A stretch of 64,000 bases of DNA, taken from assembly GCA_038997165.1 (NCBI GenBank), contig JAWBAK010000001.1:32001-96000 (forward strand), read 5' to 3'. This DNA comes from Candidatus Aenigmatarchaeota archaeon. GTDB lineage: Archaea > Aenigmatarchaeota > Aenigmatarchaeia > CG10238-14 > SpSt-28. Positions 17,695 to 26,059 of this stretch are shown here, in pieces (the first letter of the stretch is position 1; each line of letters starts with the position of its first letter). The translations under genes were made by a program, and so were the position numbers. Under the pieces are notes generated by a model, which was not told the origin of the DNA, did not search any database, and was given only the letters and a program-made list of their open reading frames with translations.

Positions 17695-18557
17695 GGTCTT
17701 TTTGATTTAATTATTCCAATAAAATTAAATTGAACAAAAGCAATTAAAGCTAATATTATATATAAAAACTCTTTTGGAATTTTAATTCCTATAAAACTTG
17801 TTAATAATAAAATTACTATTAAACCCATTGTTGGAAAAATTATACAAAACATCATAAATGATAGGGCAATTGGATTAAGAGAAGATGCATATTCTCTTAT
17901 TTCAGCTCTTTGTTCATTAACTATATTATTTACAATATCTTTTAATACATCAGAAATTTCTACTCCACTTCTCAAAGAATTTATTATTTGCCACATTACT
18001 TTTCTAAATTTTTGGGATGGAATTTTCAATGCTAATTCTTCTAAAACTTGAATTTCCGAATAGCCAGAAGAAATTTTTTTAACAGCTTCTTTAAATTCTT
18101 TACTTAATATTCCATAATCTTGAGATGAAATAGATAAAAAGGCATTATATAAGGAAACGCCACCCCTTAATTCTATTAATAAATGTCTTAAAACATGTGG
18201 TAAATTTTTTTCAACATCTCTAACTTTTCTAGATACTAAAAAAGATGGAAAAAGAATAAAATAAATAAATACAAAAGAGGAAAATACTAAAGAGAGTATA
18301 AGTGAAATTGAAAAAATGTTTGCTTTTGAAATGATTCCAATAAAAAATAAAATTGAAAATAAAGTTAAAAACCAGTGAATAGAAGAGTAAATTGCTAACG
18401 ATAACCATTCTCTTTCATCGTAAGAAATATCTGCTTGTTTTAAGGTAATTTCTAAAGGTAAAATTTTTGAAATTTTATCTGCTAATATAAAAATAAAAGA
18501 TTTTTTAGAAATTTTTAAAATTGTTTCAGGTTTCATAGGTAAAAATGGTATTCTCAT
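17685..18557 (-). CDS. T2SS-F/TadB-TadC-like pilus platform membrane protein
   Basis: NLPHVLRHLLIELRGGVSLYNAF..YGILSKEF, PSQKFRKVMWQIINSLRSG, IIFPTMG. Confidence 0.9.
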   Translation of the reverse strand: MRIPFLPMKPETILKISKKSFIFILADKISKILPLEITLKQADISYDEREWLSLAIYSSIHWFLTLFSILFFIGIISKANIFSISLILSLVFSSFVFIYFILFPSFLVSRKVRDVEKNLPHVLRHLLIELRGGVSLYNAFLSISSQDYGILSKEFKEAVKKISSGYSEIQVLEELALKIPSQKFRKVMWQIINSLRSGVEISDVLKDIVNNIVNEQRAEIREYASSLNPIALSFMMFCIIFPTMGLIVILLLTSFIGIKIPKEFLYIILALIAFVQFNFIGIIKSKRPWV

Positions 18558-18691
18558 AATAAGAATATGTGATATTGCAACAATTATAATTTTATTTTAA
18601 CAAATCTATTGTTGAATATTTTGAAAGAAGCTATCGAGATTTCTATTTAGATAAAAAATAGCTTGATACACTAAAATTAATGAAATTTAAA

Positions 18692-20167
18692 CTAAAGGAA
18701 AATTTTTGGAGATTTTTTATTGTTCAATGCGTTTAAAACTTCTTCTCTATTTCTATAATATAAAGCAATTATTTTTCCTATATTTTCAGTTCCATTTAAA
18801 TCGTTTTCAATCATCCATTTTAATATTTTTTTCTTTTCTTCCAAATCGTCCAATTGCTCTTTTTTAGATAATCCAGTAAATAATTCTAATTCTTCATGTA
18901 TTCTTAAGCTTTCATTAGCTTTTTTGATTTCATCAATTTTTGCATCCCATCTATATAAATCATTAACCTTTTGAGGTAAAAAGGGAACTACTTCACTAAT
19001 TTGTAATAACCTTCTTATTCCTTTTCTTCTTTCTCTAAACATTACAGCAAATAAATGTAAACTTTCCATTAAAGTTTCTGGAACATTAATTGGTTCATGA
19101 GTTAATCTTCTATATGCTTGCTCTGCAGTTTCTGCGTGTAAGGTTGCATATACACTATGACCAGTATGCATTGCTTCAAATAATACTTCAGCTTCTTCTG
19201 CCCTTCTTATTTCTCCAACAACTATTCTATCTGGACGCATTCTTAAACTATTTACTAACAAATCTAACATTTTTATTTCTCCTTTACCTTCTGCACCAGC
19301 AGCTCTAGTAACTAAAGGAACCCAATGATGAAAAGAAGAAATGGAAAGTTCTCTAGTATCTTCAATGCTAACAATTCTTTGATTTGGAGGAATAAATTCT
19401 AAAATTACATTTAATAATGAAGTCTTTCCACTACCTGTTCCACCTGCAATTATTATATTTAATTCGTATTGAACTGATTGCCATAAAAAAGCTGCAGCAT
19501 CTAATGAAATTGTTTTATTATTTATAAAATCAATAACAGTCCAAGGATTTCTTCTAAATTTTCTTATTGTTATAGTATTTCCAAAAGAACTTATTGGATA
19601 TAATGTTGCATTTACTCTATCTCCACTTAATAAATAAGCATCCATTAATGGATTTAAAATATTTATTTGTCTACCAACTCTTCTTCCAATAATACTTGCT
19701 ATATTGTAAATTTCTTGTTCGTTTTTTAAATAAATGTTCGTTTTCAACCAACCAAATTTTTTGTGATATACCCAAATTGGTTCTTTTGAATTATTAATTG
19801 CTATTTCTTCCAAATTTGGATCCTCTATCAACAAATCTATTATTCCACTACCAATCATTTCTATAGTAATTAAATTTGCTAAATAATTTGCATCACTTTC
19901 TTTAATTTTAATTAATTTTTTTATTTCTTCTTTAGCTTGTAAAAAAATTTCATTTTTTAGTTTTTCATATGCTTCTTTATCTAAATTTTCCCTAATAGGT
20001 ATTTTTGAAATTAATTTTTCTTTTATTTCTTCTTTTAAAATTTCTGTACCTCTTTCTAATTTTGGTAATTTAATTTCATAATAACTAACAAAATCTCCTC
20101 TATCAACAATTTCTACATCTGCAGAAATAAAATCTAAATTTATTTTATATTTTTCTAAAATTTTCAT
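18692..20167 (-). CDS. Type IV pilus assembly ATPase (CpaF/VirB11/ArlI family)
   Basis: DPNLEEIAIN, ITIRKF, Walker A GGTGSGKT, SIEDTREL, LRMRPDRIVVGEIR, His box MHTGHSVYATLHA. Confidence 0.96.
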   Translation of the reverse strand: MKILEKYKINLDFISADVEIVDRGDFVSYYEIKLPKLERGTEILKEEIKEKLISKIPIRENLDKEAYEKLKNEIFLQAKEEIKKLIKIKESDANYLANLITIEMIGSGIIDLLIEDPNLEEIAINNSKEPIWVYHKKFGWLKTNIYLKNEQEIYNIASIIGRRVGRQINILNPLMDAYLLSGDRVNATLYPISSFGNTITIRKFRRNPWTVIDFINNKTISLDAAAFLWQSVQYELNIIIAGGTGSGKTSLLNVILEFIPPNQRIVSIEDTRELSISSFHHWVPLVTRAAGAEGKGEIKMLDLLVNSLRMRPDRIVVGEIRRAEEAEVLFEAMHTGHSVYATLHAETAEQAYRRLTHEPINVPETLMESLHLFAVMFRERRKGIRRLLQISEVVPFLPQKVNDLYRWDAKIDEIKKANESLRIHEELELFTGLSKKEQLDDLEEKKKILKWMIENDLNGTENIGKIIALYYRNREEVLNALNNKKSPKIFL

Positions 20168-20760
20168 TTTTTCTTTATTATTATATTTCCTAAACTATAA
20201 CTTATTTCTATTATTCCATGTTTTTCTAAAATTTTTAAATTTTGCTCTAAATAGCTTAAATCCTCATTTAATTCTTTAGATAATTCGTTTAAACTAATTT
20301 GCTTTTTTTCTTCTAAAATTTTTAAAATTTTGTCTATTAAAGTAAAAATTTTTTCCTTTCTTTCTTCTTTTTCTTCTTTATAAAAAATTTTTAATATATC
20401 CAATTTACTAACTATTCCTATAACTTTATATTCTTTATCTACTATAGGAATTCTAGAAATATCATATTTTATCATTAATTTAATTAATCTTTTAATTGAT
20501 GTATTTTCTCTTGCAACTATTAATCTTCTTTTTCTTTTAATTATCTCTTTAACTTTTAATTTTTCCAATTCTTTCTCATTATACTTTTCAGAAAGTTTAA
20601 CTATATCTGTTTGAGAAATTATTCCAACAATTTTTCCACTATTATCAATAATTGGTAAACCAGAAATTTTATTTTTTAACATTTTTAAAGAAACTTCTTT
20701 AATTGTTTCATCTGGTCTTGCAAAAATAATATTTTTACTCATTATATCTTTAGCTTTCAT
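20164..20760 (-). CDS. CBS-pair protein with C-terminal winged-helix-like domain
   Basis: KAKDIMS, ISGLPIID..GKIVGIISQTD, ISRIPIVD..VIGIVSKLD, then TLIDKILKILEEKKQISLNELSKEL..LEKHGII. Confidence 0.88.
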   Translation of the reverse strand: MKAKDIMSKNIIFARPDETIKEVSLKMLKNKISGLPIIDNSGKIVGIISQTDIVKLSEKYNEKELEKLKVKEIIKRKRRLIVARENTSIKRLIKLMIKYDISRIPIVDKEYKVIGIVSKLDILKIFYKEEKEERKEKIFTLIDKILKILEEKKQISLNELSKELNEDLSYLEQNLKILEKHGIIEISYSLGNIIIKKK

Positions 20761-20786
20761 AAAAATAGTTTTTCGACATAATATTT

Positions 20787-21173
20787 ATGAAAATTCAAAG
20801 CGCATTAGAATATTTATTAATTTCAAGCTTTATATTAACAATAATAATAATTGGTTTTTCGTTTGCGTTTAGAGAAAGTACGCATCAAATTTTTCAAATA
20901 AATATTAGACAAATAGAAGTAAATCTTCAAAAAATAATATATTATTCAGAATTAGTATTTTCCCAGGATACTCCAGCAAAATATACTTTAAAATTAAATT
21001 TTCCAATAGAAACGAAAATATATAATATTTCAAATGTTTTAATAGCTGAATATTCAAACAATAAAATTTCCTATCCTTTAAATTTTAATATTTTTGTTAA
21101 TGAAAGTTTTTTTGGTTTTATTACTATAGAAATAAAAAATGAAGGAAATTATGTCAAAATTAAAAAAATTTAA
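20787..21173 (+). CDS. Pilin-like protein with class III signal peptide
   Basis: MKI-QSALEYLL followed by a hydrophobic helix (Q+1, E+5). Confidence 0.8.
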   Translation: MKIQSALEYLLISSFILTIIIIGFSFAFRESTHQIFQINIRQIEVNLQKIIYYSELVFSQDTPAKYTLKLNFPIETKIYNISNVLIAEYSNNKISYPLNFNIFVNESFFGFITIEIKNEGNYVKIKKI

Positions 21174-21534
21174 AAATCAGTTTTCACTAGAATATTTTGT
21201 CGGTTTTTTTGCCTTATTTTCATTACTCTATATATTTTTCTATGTTTATTTAGATTCTAATAAAAAGTTTGTAGAATTAATAAATTTTTTTAATGAAGAA
21301 AGTGAATGTTATTTTTTGGCTTCCAAATTTAATTCCTTATTTCCAATAATTGTTAGAAATATTACATATATTGAAGAATTTTATATAGATTTAAAAAATT
21401 TTGCAAAAATAGAAAATTATAGAATTTTTATTGGAAATGTTAGTTGTTTTACAAAAATTGAAAAAATTGAAGGAATAATAAAAAATGGAAAAAATATAAT
21501 AATAGTTGAAAATGGAAATGTTAAAGTTATTTAA
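21151..21534 (+). CDS. Pilin-like protein with class III signal peptide
   Basis: Likely start is the ATG at 21151 (track gives 21139): MSKLKKFKN-QFSLEYFVG plus a hydrophobic helix. Confidence 0.72.
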   Translation: MSKLKKFKNQFSLEYFVGFFALFSLLYIFFYVYLDSNKKFVELINFFNEESECYFLASKFNSLFPIIVRNITYIEEFYIDLKNFAKIENYRIFIGNVSCFTKIEKIEGIIKNGKNIIIVENGNVKVI

Positions 21535-21982
21535 ATTGCAAATTACATCAATAGAATTTTTAATAGCATTAATAATTTTTATTTTTTTAATTCTAACTCT
21601 TTTTACTATTCAAGTAAAAAAAATAAATGAATTTTTAGAGTATTATGAAGATTTAACTCTTTTAAGAGATTTAGATACAATAGAAGTTTTATTAGATATT
21701 GAAGGAAAACCAAAAGATTGGAATAGTAGTAATTTTGAAGTTTTAGGATTAAGAACGAATGGAAAAATTGATATGAAAAAAGTAAATTATTTAAGGGAAA
21801 TTGACTATAAAGATTTGAAAAAATATTTATTAATAAGAAATGAATTTTGTATAAAAAATTTTGAAGTAGGAAATTGTAGTTATGAAAATTCTCAAAAAAT
21901 TTTTGTTAGAAAAAAAATTGCTAGTATTCTAATTAATAATTTTTCTTATTTAGATGAAATAAAGATAATTGTTTGGAATTAA
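21518..21982 (+). CDS. Pilin-like (minor pilin) protein
   Basis: Likely start is the ATG at 21518 (track gives TTG at 21506): MLKLFKL-QITSIEFLIAL; GKPKDW..GL; ends KIIVWN. Confidence 0.72.
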   Translation: MLKLFKLQITSIEFLIALIIFIFLILTLFTIQVKKINEFLEYYEDLTLLRDLDTIEVLLDIEGKPKDWNSSNFEVLGLRTNGKIDMKKVNYLREIDYKDLKKYLLIRNEFCIKNFEVGNCSYENSQKIFVRKKIASILINNFSYLDEIKIIVWN

Positions 21983-21985
21983 ATT

Positions 21986-23965
21986 ATGAAAGCAATTTCT
22001 TTCTCATTAGATATAATTCTATCGTTAACAATTTTTTCTTTTTCATTAATTATATTTTTTTATTTTCTTTCTATAGAAAATATAGGTTTTAAAAATTTAA
22101 ATAATTTAACTATATATCAAGAATTAGAAAAGAAGAATTATGCAAATGAAATTTTATTATCTTTAATTTCTACAAAAGTAAAAGAAATTAATTTTTCAAT
22201 TCAAAATTTAAGTAATTATATTAGCAATGATGATTTTGAAAAATCTTTAGCAGAAATAATTTCATCTTTTTATCTTTCTGGAATTTATAGCTCTAATCAA
22301 ACATTAAAAAATATAGCTAAAGAAATTTTAGAGGAATTTTTAAAAGAAATAAACAATAAATATTGTATTGAAATAAAAATTGGTAATGAAAGTATTTACA
22401 AAAATTGTGAAAATTATTCATCCTTAATTCAAACTTCCTCTTTATTTATTAGTGGATTAGAATATGGAAGACCTATTAGTGGATATATTGCAAGAGCTTG
22501 GTTAACAAAGTATAAAAAAGTTACTACAGAAATTATTGATTTTTTAGTTAGTGGTTCTGGTTGGAAAGTTATTGCAAATAGAGGTGGGGATTTTGAATAT
22601 TATAAAAATTTTTATATTTCAGATGATAATGAAATTCTTAATGCAATTTTATTTGTCTCAATTCATGTTGGAAATATAAGAACAGAAACAGCTTTATTTA
22701 AAAATTTTTATGTAAACAATTGTAATATTAGAAACGATGTCTTAAATAATATATTATATTCTCAATGCGAAGGTAGTGGAACAGAAATTACATGTGCAAT
22801 ATTTTCAATAGTTAATATTACTAATTGTATTAAAAAAGGTAATAATATAGTTAGAATTGAAGTTGGTTCTCCTCAAACATATCATGCACATTTTCATCCT
22901 GGATTTAAAATTTCTTTAGATTTAAAGAAATCGGAAAAATTAAAAGAAGAAACAAATGAATTTAAAGAAAGGATTTATTTTGATAGAATAATTGGAAGAA
23001 CTGGTGCCTGGGTTATAATTCCATTCTTTATTCCAGAAAATGCAATCTATTATAATGCTACTTTAAATTTAATTGCTTTAAATGTTGAAGATACTTATCT
23101 AAAAAATAGAGGAATAAATACAAGTGATATAATAATTTTTTTAAATTCAAAAGATCCAATTTTTAAAGATGGTGAAGATAAAATTGATATTTTTTATCCA
23201 TACCAACCAAATTATTGTAATTCAATAGATAGTAGAAATTATTATTGTAGTAGAGATGTTGCTTCAACTAAAAATTTTGTTTTAACTTTAAATTTAACAC
23301 CATATTTAATTAAAGGAACAAATACTTTATCAATTTATATAAATTCTTTTGGTGATTTTCATTGGGGTATAGACTATGCAGAAATCTCTAATGAAAGTTA
23401 TATAGAAATTTATTATATACTTAATGAATCTAGCTTAAAATATGGAGAAATTGATATAAATAAAGAAATAATATTTGGAGGAAAAGCAGAAAATCCCAAA
23501 ATTTTTTATTATAATAGAAGTGAAGAAAAAATTATTTCTTCTTTTGTTCATTTAGTTCAAGGATTTAGCTCTATGATTAATGCATCTATTAATAATTTTT
23601 CTTTTTATATTTCTCCCTCTCCTAGAGCTGTACCTTCTCATTTCTATTTAACTCCAAGTTTAATAAAATTTGGAAATAATTCAATAGAAATTAAAGATAT
23701 TCAACCAAGCGGAAGTTTAAGTCCAAGTAATTATATTTTACCATGGACTTCTTTAGAAATAAAATATGTAGTAAAAGGTTTAGTTGGATATGGAAATGTT
23801 TTTGAAAATAAAGAAGATGCAATAAATGATGCAATAATAAGATTAAAAAATCAAATTGGTAATGTTGAAATAGAAGATATATATGTAGAAACTCAAGATG
23901 TTTTTGGAGTTAGATGGCTTATTGGACCAGAAATATTAAAAGTAATAGTATGGCCAAAGGATTAA
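21986..23965 (+). CDS. Large minor pilin/adhesin-like protein, 659 aa
   Basis: MKA-ISFSLDIILSL class III-like N-terminus; beta-rich Cys-containing middle; ends KVIVWPKD. Confidence 0.7.
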   Translation: MKAISFSLDIILSLTIFSFSLIIFFYFLSIENIGFKNLNNLTIYQELEKKNYANEILLSLISTKVKEINFSIQNLSNYISNDDFEKSLAEIISSFYLSGIYSSNQTLKNIAKEILEEFLKEINNKYCIEIKIGNESIYKNCENYSSLIQTSSLFISGLEYGRPISGYIARAWLTKYKKVTTEIIDFLVSGSGWKVIANRGGDFEYYKNFYISDDNEILNAILFVSIHVGNIRTETALFKNFYVNNCNIRNDVLNNILYSQCEGSGTEITCAIFSIVNITNCIKKGNNIVRIEVGSPQTYHAHFHPGFKISLDLKKSEKLKEETNEFKERIYFDRIIGRTGAWVIIPFFIPENAIYYNATLNLIALNVEDTYLKNRGINTSDIIIFLNSKDPIFKDGEDKIDIFYPYQPNYCNSIDSRNYYCSRDVASTKNFVLTLNLTPYLIKGTNTLSIYINSFGDFHWGIDYAEISNESYIEIYYILNESSLKYGEIDINKEIIFGGKAENPKIFYYNRSEEKIISSFVHLVQGFSSMINASINNFSFYISPSPRAVPSHFYLTPSLIKFGNNSIEIKDIQPSGSLSPSNYILPWTSLEIKYVVKGLVGYGNVFENKEDAINDAIIRLKNQIGNVEIEDIYVETQDVFGVRWLIGPEILKVIVWPKD

Positions 23966-25146
23966 CTTTTTCGTTTTTAATTTTTTTATTTGCTAGCATT
24001 TCTTTTCTAATAATATTTTTCCTTTTGGGTATTCAAGAAATTTCAATAAAAAGAATTAGTACTGAAAGAGATATAGAATTTATATTAAATACTTTAGAAT
24101 TTATAAAAAGCGATTTATTAAATTTTATTGAAATATCTATTCCAAGAATTTTGAATTCTATAATAAGCTATGAAATTGAAAATGGTATTTTTGTTAATGA
24201 TGTGAAAAATACAATAAAAAATGCATTTTTTTATTCAATTTTTTTAGATGAAAATTATCTTATCAAAAATTCCTCTTTAATTGATTATGAAAAAAGAATA
24301 AATTCTTTTTTAAATAAATATGGCTTTAATATTTCTATTTTTCCAATAAATTTTGATGTTTTTCATTATACTTCTTTTAAAATTTATGTTAATACAACTT
24401 TAATGATTAACATATCTTATAAAAATAAGTTTATTTCTTCAATAGAAAAATTTGAAAAAAATATTTCAATAATAAATTTTGAAGACCCATTTTATATAAT
24501 AAATTCTAATGGTTTAGCAACAAATTTTATAAAAACTAAAAATTTTGATTTTTTTGTTAGAAAAGATGTTATAGGAAATGGAAGCGGAATTGCAATGGCT
24601 AAATCAATTATTTTCTTTGATAAAAATTCGATATTAAATTTAGATAATAAACAAAATTATATTTTAGTAACTAATAATGATTCAGAAATTATTAATATAA
24701 TAAATCAATTTGCAGGTATTATATTAGAAAAAAATTCTACTATAATTAATATTCCACATGTAATTGGAAATATTTCAAACGTTTTAAATAATACTTATTA
24801 TTTAATTAAAAATGGTAAAGCTTATAATGTTGAAAATTTAAAGTATGCATTAGAAAATCAGCTTTGTTTTAGTAGCTCAGAAGGTGCAACATTTTTAGAT
24901 AGATTAGAAGGAAGAAATAGAAATAGCAATAAATATAATTTAACAGCCTTTGATGGAATTGAATGTTTTGTTAATAAAGAATATTTAGCTTTAAGCGGTT
25001 TAAATGTTTATACTAATAAAACAAATATTGACTATATTTATTTTTCTTTTGAAAATCCAAAAAGTTATAAAGTTTCTGGTTTTAAAAATTTTTATATCGA
25101 TGAAAATCATATATTAAAATATCAGCTAGAAGAAATAATAGAATAA
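23950..25146 (+). CDS. Pilin-like/pilus accessory protein
   Basis: Likely start is the ATG at 23950: MAKG-LTFSFLIFL; FEDPFY and GATFLDRLEG..GIECFVN motifs; overlaps the previous gene. Confidence 0.68.
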   Translation: MAKGLTFSFLIFLFASISFLIIFFLLGIQEISIKRISTERDIEFILNTLEFIKSDLLNFIEISIPRILNSIISYEIENGIFVNDVKNTIKNAFFYSIFLDENYLIKNSSLIDYEKRINSFLNKYGFNISIFPINFDVFHYTSFKIYVNTTLMINISYKNKFISSIEKFEKNISIINFEDPFYIINSNGLATNFIKTKNFDFFVRKDVIGNGSGIAMAKSIIFFDKNSILNLDNKQNYILVTNNDSEIINIINQFAGIILEKNSTIINIPHVIGNISNVLNNTYYLIKNGKAYNVENLKYALENQLCFSSSEGATFLDRLEGRNRNSNKYNLTAFDGIECFVNKEYLALSGLNVYTNKTNIDYIYFSFENPKSYKVSGFKNFYIDENHILKYQLEEIIE

Positions 25147-25156
25147 ATTTTAATTT

Positions 25157-25897
25157 ATGGAACTAAAAAAGATTTTAATTTCTTTATTTTTAACGTTTTT
25201 TGTTATTTTTCTATCTTATTTAACTTCTAAATCTATAGTTCAAATAGCAAAGATAGAAAAAAATATAGATAATAAAACCAACGAAAATATAAATATTAGT
25301 AATATTATTTCTGAAGAAAAAAACGAAAGCAAAAATATTATAAATATAAATAATGAAAGTTTTGAAAATAAAACAGAAAAAGAAATTTTTATAGAAAAAA
25401 TAGAAAAAAATAAAGATATTTCTTATGAAAATAATAAAATAAAAATTGTTAATTATACTAAATTTGAAGAAGCCTATATATATGATATTTGCTATACAAA
25501 AGAAATTTTAAGCATAGAAGGAAAAAATTTTGTTTGTTTGAATGAAATTCCAAAAAATATAGGAATTTTTGTTGAAGATAGTAATTTAAAAATAATATAT
25601 AATGATATATTAATAAGGGAAGAAAAATTAAGCGATAAAATATTGTTAGGATATGCTTATGCAAAAGATTTTTATGGTGTTGAAGGTGAAATAGAGAAAT
25701 TTTATACTAATTCTACTATAGCTTATATAGAAGATTTTGGTTTAGGGAATATAGAATATTTTGGCTATAAAATTGTTTATGCATACTTTCCAATTTATTT
25801 AAATTCTATATATATTAAAAATGAAACAATACATATTTTTGTTAAAACTTCTATGAAAGATTATCTTATTTCCTCTATAAATATCGACAAAAAATAA
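25157..25897 (+). CDS. Membrane-anchored hypothetical protein
   Basis: N-terminal hydrophobic helix, N/E/K-rich linker, beta-rich C-terminal domain. Confidence 0.7.
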   Translation: MELKKILISLFLTFFVIFLSYLTSKSIVQIAKIEKNIDNKTNENINISNIISEEKNESKNIININNESFENKTEKEIFIEKIEKNKDISYENNKIKIVNYTKFEEAYIYDICYTKEILSIEGKNFVCLNEIPKNIGIFVEDSNLKIIYNDILIREEKLSDKILLGYAYAKDFYGVEGEIEKFYTNSTIAYIEDFGLGNIEYFGYKIVYAYFPIYLNSIYIKNETIHIFVKTSMKDYLISSINIDKK

Positions 25898-26059
25898 TTA
25901 TCTAAACATTTTATTTTAAAATCGACAGTTAAGATAAATTTTTAAATTATATTTTATTTAAAATTTTTTTCTAGTTTTTTGTTCATAAGTTCGACAAAAA
26001 CTTTACTCGAATATTAAAATATAGTGGTTTCAGATTATAATTAATTTTAGTAGTATAAT

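Noticed and set aside
18558..18691. 134-bp gap in the pilus operon with a weak CAACAAT/ATTGTTG inverted repeat
   Set aside because: No credible ORF; a 7-bp AT-rich repeat is expected by chance. It may be an internal promoter, but this cannot be supported.
16747..25146. Archaellum operon
   Set aside because: No archaellin or ArlF/ArlG-like genes recognised; two separate platform genes and QxSxE-type pilins fit a pilus system.
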